From positions 1 through 27,072 of the forward strand of contig JANMKN010000311.1 of the NCBI GenBank assembly GCA_031372065.1: DNA of 27,072 nt, written 5' to 3'. Shown in pieces: positions 1 through 9,500 of the stretch. Origin of the DNA: Abditibacteriaceae bacterium. GTDB taxonomy: Bacteria; Armatimonadota; Abditibacteriia; Abditibacteriales; Abditibacteriaceae. Both the position numbers and the translations under genes were made by a program. Under the pieces are notes generated by a model, which did not search any database, was not told where the DNA came from, and worked only from the letters and a program-made list of their open reading frames with translations. Every line of letters begins with the position of its first letter. Position 1 is the first letter of the stretch.

Positions 1-1
1 G

Positions 2-3000
2 GGCAAGGCGCTTGCTTTGGCGCCAAAAAGCGCTGAAATCGAAAGTTTGCATGGCATTCTCGAAAGCAAGCGCGCCAATAGCGAAGCGGCGATTAAACAA
101 TTCAAACACGCCGTCGAAATGCAAACGGACGATTTATGGAATCTTTCGCTTTTAGCCGAGGAACTGCAACGCGCCGAAAACTTAGCCGAAGCCGCCAAAG
201 TGCGCGACGAAATTCTGAAAAAAGCGCCAGAAAACTTAGTTGCGCACCTCGAACGCGCCAAATTAGCCGCGAAAATGAACGATGCGGCGGAACTCAAAAA
301 GCAAATCGCGTGGCTCGAAAACCAACAAACTAAATGGACGGATTTAGCGCGCGAAACCTTTGGTGATTTGAAAAAACCGGGCGCCACGGCGCCGATTGCC
401 ACCATTCGACTTGATAATGTGTTGCGCGGCGAAGAACGCTATCGCCTTGACCGCGCGCTTTTGGCCTCGCCCGATAACCAACTCGGACAGCCCGTTGACC
501 ACTTTCTTTCGATGCCCACGCCTACCGGCGCGCCCGAAGCGCCGGATATGCAAATCACCTTCGCGCCGCAAGCCATAAATGCGCCCGGCAAGTGGCAAAA
601 AGCGCAAGTTTATTTAGCCGATGGCGAGAAAACGCCCGATGCCGTTTTGCTGCGCGATAACGAATGGCGCTTGGCCTCGTCCGCGAAAGTGAATCCCTTT
701 CCCGGCACGCCCGGCGCGGCTTTGAACATTGATTTCGATTACGATTTTAAAAACGATTTAGCTTTCGCGGGCAGCAAAGGTTTTCGCTTGTGGCACGCCG
801 ACGAAAACGGTTTCAGCGACGTAACCGCCAAAACCAAACTGCTGCCGGAAATTACGAACGGCGACTTCACCGGCGCGTGGGCCACCGACATCGAAATGGA
901 CGGCGACCTCGATATTGTTTTGGCTGCGCCAAATGACACGCCTGTTTTGCGCAACAACGGCGACGGCACTTTTAAGGTGCTTCATCCCTTCGGCAAAATC
1001 GGCGGCGTAAAAGATTTCGCATGGGGCGACCTTGATGATGATGGCGACCCCGATGCCGTTATCGCGGCGGACGGAATGGGAGTCTGTTTCAATGAACGGT
1101 CAGGCCAATTTAAATCAATTGAACCTGCGGATGTTCACGACGGTGTGGCATTTGATATTGCCGATTCCAACCGCGACGGAGAAATGGAAACGCTGGCAGC
1201 GGCGGCGCGTGGCCCATTTACTGCTTTTACTTTTGAAGATGGTAAATGGAAAAGCGACGAAATTTTGGGCAAAGACACGCCCAAACAAGACGAGCGCGTT
1301 TTTACCGAAGATTTGGACAACAACGGCGCGGTTGATGTAATTCTCAGCGGCCCCAATAGCACGCAAACTTATTTAGGTGCCCCCGAAGGTTTCGCAGCGA
1401 TGGAAAAGCCGCTGGATGTGCCCGTTTTTGGCACTGCCGACATTAATAAAGATGGCCGTCTTGATTTGTTGTCACTCGATAAAAACAGTGCGCCGCAATG
1501 GTTGATTAACAAGGGCAGCAAGGATTATCACTGGCTTAATTTGCGTCCGATGGCACAGTCGGGCAACGTCAAGGGCGACGGGCGTATCAACTCGTTTGGC
1601 ATCGGCGGCGATATATCAGTGCGCGCCGGATTGCTGTATCAAAAGCAAGTCATCAAAGCACCGGTTGTGCATTTTGGGCTGGGCAAAAAAGAACTGGTCG
1701 AAATCGCGCGCATTGTGTGGCCCAACGGCGACGCGCGTGCTGAATTCGAATTGAAAGGCGACAAGGACATCGCGGCGGTGCAGCGTTTAACCGGCTCGTG
1801 CCCTTATCTTTTTGCATGGGATGGCACCAAAATGAGTTTCATCACCGATTGCATCTGGCGCTCGCCGCTCGGCCTCAAAATCAACGCGCAAGACACGGCG
1901 GGCGCCATGCAAACCGAAGACTGGCTCAAATTGCGCGGCGACCAATTAAAGCCCAAAGACGGCCTGCTCAATCTCAATATCACAGCGGAATTGTGGGAAA
2001 CACACTTCTTCGATCATCTGGGTTTGATGAGCGTTGACCATCCGCAAGGCACCGAAATTTGGGTTGATGAACGACTCGCTTTTCCGCAGCCGCCGTTGCA
2101 GGTTTACGCCTCGAAAGCGCCGGTTGCGGTTAAAGCGTGGGACGATAAAGGCAACGATGTTTCGGACATTCTTAAAGCGCGCGACAATAAATATCTCGAC
2201 AACTTCGGGCGCGGCCAATATCAAGGCGTGACACGCGATCACTGGGTCGAAATCGAACTGCCTAAATCAGTTTTGCCGTTGAGGAAAGTTGTTGGATTTG
2301 TGCCGGTTTACCTTATCGCGCAAGGTTGGATTCATCCGACAGACTCTTCAATTAACGTCGCCATCGGGCAAAATGGGCACAACCCGCCGCAAGGTCTGAG
2401 TCTTGAAGTTCAAAACCCCAAAGGCAAATGGGAAGTCGCCAAGCCGGGGCTTGGTTTTCCCGAAGGCAAAATTAAAACTGTGGTCATTCGTTTGGATGAT
2501 TTGGTGATGTGGCATCAGAATCGCGTTCGTTTGCGCACTAATTTGGAGATTTATTGGGATTCCATCGCGGTTGCCGAAGGCGTAAAAGCGCCGCTCAAAA
2601 CGCAGCGTTTGAAAATGCAGCGAGCCGACTTGCGTTATCGCGGCTTTAGCGAAATCAAAGCCGCCGATGCCTCGTCGCCGGAATTGCCGACTTCGTATGA
2701 CAAAATCCACACCACAACCCAAAAGTGGCGCGATTTAACGGGTTATTACACGCGCTTTGGCGATGTGAAGCCACTGCTGCAAGGCGTAGATGATCGTTAC
2801 GTCATTATGAACGCGGGCGATGAAATGCAATTGTCTTTTAACAATCCGGCGCCGCCGCCTACCGGTTTTGTGCGCGATTGGGTAATGATTGGCGATGGTT
2901 GGGTCAAAGACGGCAATTTCAACACGACATGGAGCAAAACCGTGATTCCTTTGCCATTGCACAACCGTCCCGATTACACCAAAGCGCCCACAGATTTGTG

Positions 3001-3115
3001 GCATGATCCGGTTTATTTGGGGCACAAAGCCGATTGGCAAACTTATCACACGCGTTTTGTGGCGCCGGAAGTTTTCCAAAAGGCGTTACGCCCGCGCCTT
3101 TCGCGGGCACAATAG
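2..3115 (+). CDS. TPR + FG-GAP/VCBS repeat + ASPIC/UnbV protein with a large C-terminal domain starting GSCPYLFAWDG (5'-truncated by the window edge)
   Basis: Frame is open from base 2. TPR-like helices at the N-terminus. Ca-binding FG-GAP motifs DFDYDFKND, DIEMDGDLD, DLDDDGDPD, DLDNNGAVD, DINKDGRLD. ASPIC/UnbV signature NSFGIGG...VHFGLG...RIVWPNG. Confidence 0.85.
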   Translation, partial: GKALALAPKSAEIESLHGILESKRANSEAAIKQFKHAVEMQTDDLWNLSLLAEELQRAENLAEAAKVRDEILKKAPENLVAHLERAKLAAKMNDAAELKKQIAWLENQQTKWTDLARETFGDLKKPGATAPIATIRLDNVLRGEERYRLDRALLASPDNQLGQPVDHFLSMPTPTGAPEAPDMQITFAPQAINAPGKWQKAQVYLADGEKTPDAVLLRDNEWRLASSAKVNPFPGTPGAALNIDFDYDFKNDLAFAGSKGFRLWHADENGFSDVTAKTKLLPEITNGDFTGAWATDIEMDGDLDIVLAAPNDTPVLRNNGDGTFKVLHPFGKIGGVKDFAWGDLDDDGDPDAVIAADGMGVCFNERSGQFKSIEPADVHDGVAFDIADSNRDGEMETLAAAARGPFTAFTFEDGKWKSDEILGKDTPKQDERVFTEDLDNNGAVDVILSGPNSTQTYLGAPEGFAAMEKPLDVPVFGTADINKDGRLDLLSLDKNSAPQWLINKGSKDYHWLNLRPMAQSGNVKGDGRINSFGIGGDISVRAGLLYQKQVIKAPVVHFGLGKKELVEIARIVWPNGDARAEFELKGDKDIAAVQRLTGSCPYLFAWDGTKMSFITDCIWRSPLGLKINAQDTAGAMQTEDWLKLRGDQLKPKDGLLNLNITAELWETHFFDHLGLMSVDHPQGTEIWVDERLAFPQPPLQVYASKAPVAVKAWDDKGNDVSDILKARDNKYLDNFGRGQYQGVTRDHWVEIELPKSVLPLRKVVGFVPVYLIAQGWIHPTDSSINVAIGQNGHNPPQGLSLEVQNPKGKWEVAKPGLGFPEGKIKTVVIRLDDLVMWHQNRVRLRTNLEIYWDSIAVAEGVKAPLKTQRLKMQRADLRYRGFSEIKAADASSPELPTSYDKIHTTTQKWRDLTGYYTRFGDVKPLLQGVDDRYVIMNAGDEMQLSFNNPAPPPTGFVRDWVMIGDGWVKDGNFNTTWSKTVIPLPLHNRPDYTKAPTDLWHDPVYLGHKADWQTYHTRFVAPEVFQKALRPRLSRAQ

Positions 3116-3124
3116 AAAGTAGAA

Positions 3125-4978
3125 ATGAAGAAGACTCAACCATTTGTCGCCGTGTTTTTCGTGTGTTTATTAGCCACGGCTTACGCGCTCAATAAAATCC
3201 ACAGCGGCCCGTCGGATGATCGCAATCGCGAGCAAAAACCGCGAAGTTTAGGAGCGAAAATGCGCGAAAACGCCGTTTCGCGCTACGGTTTGGCGTTTGA
3301 AGAAGTTTCGCTGCAAGCGGGCGTGGATTTTGAACATCAAGCGCCAAAACTGGACCAAAAATTGGCGCCCATCATGCCGCAAATCGCTTCGATGGGCGCG
3401 GGCGTCGCCGTTTGCGACTTCGACCGCGATGGATGGGACGATTTTTATGCGACCAACAGCGCCGTCGGTTCGCAAAACCGCTTGTATCGCAACCGGCACG
3501 ATGGCACGTTTGAAGACGTGGCCGCAAAACTCGGCGTGGCTGACTTAAACCGCCAAGGCAGCGGAGCTTCGATGGGCGCCGTGTGGGGCGATTACGATAA
3601 CGATGGCTGGGACGATTTGCTGATTTACAAATGGGGCAAGCCCGAATTGTGGCACAACGAGGCCGGAAAAAGTTTTCAAAACGTCACTGATAAAGCCAAT
3701 TTGCCGCGCTGGGTCAATGCCAACAACGCGATTTGGTTCGATTATGACCGCGATGGAAAACTGGATATTTTCATCGGCGGCTATTACCGCGAAGATATTG
3801 ATTTGTGGAATTTGAAAAGCACCGACATCATGCCGGAAAGTTTTGAATACGCGCAAAACGGCGGGCGCAAATATCTGCTGCGTGGACGCGGCGACGGCAC
3901 TTTTGAAGATGTCACAAAACAAGCCGGATTAGAATCGCGGCGCTGGGCTTTGGGCGCTGTAGCAGGTGATTTTCGCGGCACCGGCTACCCCGATTTAGTG
4001 ATTGCCAACGATTACGGCATCACGGAATTTTTCGCCAACACCAAAGGGCATTTTCAAGAAATCGGGCGGCAGGTCGGCATCGGTTTCGCGCCCAAAAGCG
4101 GCATGAACGCCTGCGCGGGCGACGTTTTAAATACCGGCACGCAAGCGATTTATATTTCCAACATTACCGAGCCGAATATTTTAAATCAGCGCAACAATTT
4201 ATGGGTGCCGCGCGAAGGTTTGAAAGCGGGCAACGTGCGCTATGACAACCTCGCTGATAACATGGGCGTGGGCGATGGCGGCTGGAGCTTCGGCGCGGTT
4301 TTTGGCGATTTCAACAACGATGGTGCGCAGGATTTGTATTGCACCAACGGTTTCATTTCGGCAGACCGCCAGAAAACTTACTGGTATGACTACTCGAAAA
4401 TTACCGGCGCCAACACTGCAATTATCCGCGATGCCAAAAACTGGCCGGCGATGAATGGCAACAGCTTATCCGGTTTTCAAACCAAGCGACTTTGGCTCAA
4501 CGATAGCCTTGGTTCGTTCAAAGAAGTGGCGCAAAATATCGGCGTGACCGACAAATTCGATGGCCGCGCTGCTGTAACCGCCGATTTGTGGAATCGCGGC
4601 ACCTTGGATTTAATCGTCGCCAACCAAGAAGGCCCGCTGCTGATTTATAAAAACAGCGTCACACCGGAACATAAGTGGATTCAATTCGATTTGCGCGGGC
4701 AGGGCAGCAACCGCGACGCCATTGGCGCTGCGGTAACGCTGTTTTGGGACGGCAAAAAGCAACTGCAAACTATCACCGGCGGCGAAGGTTTTTGCGCGCA
4801 AAAAATGCATCGCTTGCATTTTGGTTTGGGCAAAACCGCCAAACTCGAAAAAGCCATTGTGCGTTGGCCGTCGGGCGCAGTGCAAACTGTGACAAACCTG
4901 AAAACCAACGCCATTAACAGCATCACCGAGGCCGGAAAAGCCGCACCCGTTTCCACAGGAGGCAAACAGTCCGTATGA
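3125..4978 (+). CDS. Secreted CRTAC1-family protein (FG-GAP repeats + ASPIC/UnbV), UnbV-like
   Basis: Signal peptide MKKTQPFVAVFFVCLLATAYA. Repeats DFDRDGWDD, DYDNDGWDD, DYDRDGKLD, DFNNDGAQD. C-terminal SNRDAIGA...RLHFGLG...VRWPSG. Starts 9 nt after the upstream stop. Confidence 0.9.
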   Translation: MKKTQPFVAVFFVCLLATAYALNKIHSGPSDDRNREQKPRSLGAKMRENAVSRYGLAFEEVSLQAGVDFEHQAPKLDQKLAPIMPQIASMGAGVAVCDFDRDGWDDFYATNSAVGSQNRLYRNRHDGTFEDVAAKLGVADLNRQGSGASMGAVWGDYDNDGWDDLLIYKWGKPELWHNEAGKSFQNVTDKANLPRWVNANNAIWFDYDRDGKLDIFIGGYYREDIDLWNLKSTDIMPESFEYAQNGGRKYLLRGRGDGTFEDVTKQAGLESRRWALGAVAGDFRGTGYPDLVIANDYGITEFFANTKGHFQEIGRQVGIGFAPKSGMNACAGDVLNTGTQAIYISNITEPNILNQRNNLWVPREGLKAGNVRYDNLADNMGVGDGGWSFGAVFGDFNNDGAQDLYCTNGFISADRQKTYWYDYSKITGANTAIIRDAKNWPAMNGNSLSGFQTKRLWLNDSLGSFKEVAQNIGVTDKFDGRAAVTADLWNRGTLDLIVANQEGPLLIYKNSVTPEHKWIQFDLRGQGSNRDAIGAAVTLFWDGKKQLQTITGGEGFCAQKMHRLHFGLGKTAKLEKAIVRWPSGAVQTVTNLKTNAINSITEAGKAAPVSTGGKQSV

Positions 4979-5943
4979 TTTCAGAAACCGCCGTGCCGAA
5001 TACAACGAATGCCAAAGCGCCGTCCGTTGCCGTTGAAACAGTGCCTAAAACACGAAAATTCGATCAGCGTTACGTCGCGCCGATTATCGTGACGTGCTTG
5101 CTTATCGCCAGCCAATCGCAGTTTGGCGTGTTGAATTTGAAATTCACGCTCTCAGCGATTTTTACGGCGATTGTTTGCGAAATTGTTCTCTCGAAAATCA
5201 CGACGGGTAAGTTTCCGCACTTGGCGAGCGCTTATATTTCGGGCATTAGCGTGGGGATTCTGATTCACACGCAGTTTTTCTGGCCTTTTATGGTCTGCGC
5301 GGCCATTTCCATCACCTCAAAATACGTTTTGCGCTGGCAGGGCCGTCATTTATGGAATCCGTCGAACTTTGGCATCTGCGCTATGCTGATTTTGGCGCAC
5401 GAAAACACCGCAACGTTGATGCAGCAATGGGACAATCGCAATTACGCGATTTATTTAATCTGGCTGGTCGGCGCCTTCACCATTTATCGTTTGAAGCGCT
5501 TTCATATTTGCGCCACTTATATTGCGGCGTTTTTGTTTTACGCGTTTGTGCGCGCCCGTTTTTCGCCGCTGGGCCTGATGGGCGGCGAATCGCTGTTGAA
5601 CGCGTTTTGGGCCGAAGCCGGGCCGATTACCGGGCCGATGTATCAGCTTTTCATTTTCTTCATGATAACCGACCCAAAAACCACCGTTGGCACCAAACGC
5701 GGCCAAATGATTGTGGCTTTTGCCGTCGCGACGATGGAAATGCTGATTCGCACTTTAGCCAACAACGCAGGCGCTTTTGCGGATACTAATTTTTACAGCT
5801 TCATTATTAATTTGGGCATTCACGCGCCGTATTTTTCTTTGTTTCTTGCGGGGCCGTTGGCGAATGTGCTTGAAATTGCCGGACGCAAAGCGGCGATAAA
5901 AATCGTGGTTGTCGAAAGTCCGTCCACGGTTTCGGCAGCTTAG
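4975..5943 (+). CDS. UnbU-like / RnfD-NqrB-superfamily polytopic membrane protein
   Basis: Many hydrophobic segments. Motifs SKYVLR-HLWNPSNFG and FFMITDPKTT parallel RnfD/NqrB FNPA and FMATDP. ATGA overlap with the upstream stop indicates translational coupling. Confidence 0.8.
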   Translation: MISETAVPNTTNAKAPSVAVETVPKTRKFDQRYVAPIIVTCLLIASQSQFGVLNLKFTLSAIFTAIVCEIVLSKITTGKFPHLASAYISGISVGILIHTQFFWPFMVCAAISITSKYVLRWQGRHLWNPSNFGICAMLILAHENTATLMQQWDNRNYAIYLIWLVGAFTIYRLKRFHICATYIAAFLFYAFVRARFSPLGLMGGESLLNAFWAEAGPITGPMYQLFIFFMITDPKTTVGTKRGQMIVAFAVATMEMLIRTLANNAGAFADTNFYSFIINLGIHAPYFSLFLAGPLANVLEIAGRKAAIKIVVVESPSTVSAA

Positions 5944-5992
5944 AACCAGTTTGCAAAGTCGCTTATAGCGATTCTGCAAACTGATTCTAAGC
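5938..5992. repeat. 26-bp-arm inverted repeat overlapping the stop codon (hairpin or MITE-like element; possible terminator)
   Basis: GCTTAGAACCAGTTTGCAAAGTCGCT-TAT-AGCGATTCTGCAAACTGATTCTAAGC; 23/26 Watson-Crick pairs plus one G-U. Confidence 0.8.
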
Positions 5993-6000
5993 CTCTCTCA

Positions 6001-6220
6001 TCATAAAACGGCATCATAAAATAATTTATAAATTGAATTTTCAATTTATAAAAACGCTTTCGTCATTTATAAATTGAATTTTATAAGTTTAAAATTGACT
6101 CGTGTAAATTATTTAACCGAAAAATAAATTATAAAAACGAATTTATAATTTATGAAAGCGTTTTTATAAACGGGTTTTGTAAAATAATAAGTTTCGTTTA
6201 CGCTGTAAAAACTTATGCAA
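6001..6220. repeat. Very AT-rich tract with TTATAAA-like heptamer periodicity, a direct repeat and nested inverted repeats
   Basis: 35 G+C in 6001-6180 (~19%). ATTTATAAATTGAATTTT at 6024-6041 and 6065-6082. 13-bp-arm palindrome at 6025-6052. Perfect 17-bp IR at 6045-6061 / 6154-6170. Confidence 0.8.
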
Positions 6221-6230
6221 GCACAAAGAA

Positions 6231-6353
6231 ATGGATTTGAGCGATGATTTGAAAGATACACAATGCATTGTGGACGTTTGCGACGAGAATCCAACGTTGG
6301 TTGTGGGCGCCGATGACAAAGCCGTTACCAAAGCAGACATAGAATCGGGTTGA
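6231..6353 (+). pseudogene. Probable truncated remnant of a small hypothetical protein (MDLSDDLKDTQCIVDVCDENPTLVVGADDKAVTKADIESG)
   Basis: 40-codon ATG ORF with protein-like composition at the point where GC returns to normal. From memory it resembles the N-terminus of a ~110-aa hypothetical family (...D..I..VW.ENPT..lG..vT); not verified. Confidence 0.35.
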
Positions 6354-6468
6354 TTCTTGTTGGTGTTGAGCGCACCGATTGGAAGAGGGCGCAAGCAGCG
6401 GGGCTTGTTTGGCACCGCGCTAACGCTTGGGGTTCGTTTAACTGTGTAACTCCTATTTTATTATGAGT

Positions 6469-6516
6469 TATAATTAGGCTGATTCACCGTTCAATTGCCT
6501 CATTTTCGTTTAGGAG
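6469..6516 (+). promoter_or_regulatory. -10 box and RBS of the FecR/TPR/barrel gene
   Basis: TATAAT at 6469-6474 with no clear -35. AGGAG at 6512-6516, 8 nt before ATG 6525. Confidence 0.5.
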
Positions 6517-6524
6517 ATATTGTT

Positions 6525-9500
6525 ATGCGTTTGCGGAAAGCGTTATTTTCTCTTTGGTTTTTGCTGGTCTGCGTTTTAGTTTGTCATCAAGCAGCCTTTT
6601 GCGCGCCAGCGGCAACGGCCACCGTTTTGGCGGCTTCGGGCACGTTGAACGTGCAACGCATCGGGCAAAAGCAAGTGGTGGCGCTTCCCGTTCGTGCTGC
6701 TTTGCACAACGGCGACATCGTTTCTACGGGGGCGAACGGGCGAGCGAATTTGCTGTTTAATGACGGTTCGCGCGCCATACTGCGCGAGAATTCGCGTCTT
6801 GAAATTACCTCGCCCGCTGTGCCCAAACAAGGCACCAGTTTGTTTCGCGCGTTGCTTGGCGGCATTTGGTCGCGCTTGCGGCCCGGACGCGGTGCCAAAA
6901 CCGTTTTTACCAATCTTGTGGTGCGTGGCACCGAGTTTTATATTGATGTCGCTGCCGATGGAACTACCACGCTGACCGTTTTGGATGGCACGGTGGATTT
7001 TTCCAATAAATTCGGTGCTGTAGCCGTGAATGCCGCGCAGCAAAGCGTCGCCGAACCGGGCAAAGCGCCGACGATTCCCATCACGATTGCCACACCCGGC
7101 CTGATTGTCGAATGGACGCAAGATATTGATTTTGCCGCCGTGCCACGCGAAAAATTCTGGACAACCAGCGATAATACTGTTGCTTTGCGCAACTCAACAC
7201 AATTGCGCGCCGCCAACGCCAACGCGATGCAAATCGGCGAAGCGCTCTTCGATGCAGGCGACGCCCAAGGCGCTTTAGCGCAATTCGCCGCGCCGGACGC
7301 CAATTCTCAATTGCATCGCGGCTACGCTTTGTTGAAATTAGCGCGATTAGACGAAGCCGAAACTTCATTTCGCGGCGCTGTGGCCGATGGCGCTTTTGCA
7401 GAAGCAGCGCGCGTTGGCTTGGCGTGGACGATGTTGGAACGCAACAAACCGCAACAAGCGCGCGATTTTGCCGCGCCCGTTGTGCAAGCCAACGGCGCCA
7501 ATTCCGAAGCGCGTATTGCTTTGGCCGTTGCGTTAATGCGTTCTCCTCAAGTCGAAGGGCAAGACAATTTGCAAGCCGCCGTTGACCAATTAAAAGCGGC
7601 CACAACCGGCGCGGAAAATTGGCGTTATCAGGCGCACGCGTGGCTGGCGGCGGCGTATTTGGCGCAAGGGAAAACCGAAGAAGCGCAACGCGAAGCCGAA
7701 TCTGCCGCGCAGATGGCGCCGTCTTCGATTTTGGCGCAGTCGCAGTTGGCACAAGTTAGTTTTTTCAACAATCAAACCGCACAAGCCTTGCGCGCCGCCA
7801 AACGTGTGGCGGCTTTGGATAATGAATCGCCGGGCGGACAAATGGCCTTAGCGCAAGCAAATTTGGCCGCCGGACGCATAGACGACGCGGCTTCGGCAGC
7901 GGCGCGGGCTGTGGCACTCGATAGCAAATCGCCGCAAGCGAATTATCTTTTGGGCGTTGCCGATGCCGCGCGCCGCGATTACCGCCACGCGATTTCCTCC
8001 TTGCGCACTTCTCTGCAATTGGCGCCCGAATTTTATCCGGCGCTCAACGCTTTGGCCCGCGTTTATGTGCGCGCCGGACGAGAGAAAGAAGCCTCTACTT
8101 TGTTGGCGCAATACGAAAATCGCCCTGAAAACGCGCAGATTTTAGCGGCGCGCGGCGAATATTACTACAACACCGGCCAATACAAAAAAGCCTTGGCCGA
8201 TTATCGCCGCGCTTTGGAACTCAACCCCGGCAGCGCCCTGACATGGGCCAATGCCGCCCGCACCGCCATTGACGACAACCAACTTTCCGAAGCCATTAGC
8301 GCCGGCCAACAAGCCGTCAAATTAGCCCCCGATGTCGGCGCCTACCATTCGATTTTAGGTTTGGCTTATCGCTTTAGTCGGTTGCAAGGACAAGCAGAGC
8401 GCTCGTATCGAACGGCTCTAACGCTTGACCCCAACAACGCTTTGGCGTTGGTTGAGTTGGGTTTTTTGCAAAATGATGGCGATCCTCGGATTACAGAACG
8501 CACAAATACTTTGGCTTTCTTACAAGGCTTTTTGCTTGATCCGGCAATATCAAGCGAACTGTTACGTCGTGGGCAAACTACGGAAATTACTCCGCAGGGT
8601 GGGCCGGATAATCAACGTTATGCCGGTATGCATCGCGTTACGGGCAAGGATGGGAATTTTAACTTTCATTTGCAGGGTTTTTCAAGCAAGGATGATGGCG
8701 ACGTGCCCAATGCGAAATTCAACAGAGCCGTGATACAGCAAAATTCAACTTATCAGGCTAATGCGCGCACCACTGTTTTTTCGCATTATCTACAGCGGCG
8801 TGACACATTTGGTTTGGCTGGTTCGTTAGCAAATTCGGTTAATGATGACAGAGGTGATTTCGGTTTTCACGAAGGGGTGATAGCTACACGGTATCGGTTC
8901 GGCAGCGCCAATTTGTGGGCCGGAGTGTTTGCCAGTTCACAGAAAGAAAATCGCCTCAATCCCAATGGGGATTATTCCTTTATTGTTCCCTTACGTGGTG
9001 GTTTGAGCCTTAATGCTCCGGCATTACAGGTTCAAACCAAGTCGGATACTTTCAGTCCGGAACTGCGTTTTGATTACACGTTGGGAAATAATCCGGGACG
9101 TCCCCGTTTGTTGACTTTGGGCTACGCACGCCCTAATACGCAGACTGATGTCACAAGTAATCTTTCGGTGCCACCACGCAATCCTTCGCGTCCGCCACTG
9201 GCTGGCACCCTCTTTCAAACTTTGGATTCTCCGGTGCGCCGCCTCTATATGCAGTGGGATGGACGCATTAACGAGAATTTTAGTCTGACTGCCCAAGTTC
9301 GCCACGAACGGCAAGCACAACTTTTTACTCAAAAAGGAAAGCTGATACAGGGTGGATTTGAATTGCCTCTGGATACTGATCCACAAAGTTCTGCACCGTC
9401 ACGCATTCTGCCAAGTTTGATAGCTAACTACCGGAGTGGTAGGAGTAACAACTTTCGTTTTATGGCAAAACGTCGTATGACAGATTTCACAAGCAGCGTT

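Noticed and set aside
4975..5943. Calling the gene rnfD or nqrB
   Set aside because: No flavinylation motif and no other Rnf/Nqr subunits; the context is UnbV-like.
6001..6220. AT-rich tract as oriC or CRISPR leader/array
   Set aside because: No DnaA boxes (TTATCCACA-like), no repeat-spacer structure, and no cas, dnaA or rep genes nearby.
6109..6415. Minus-strand ORFs 6109-6294 and 6164-6415
   Set aside because: They run into low-complexity DNA and have no RBS or recognisable motifs.
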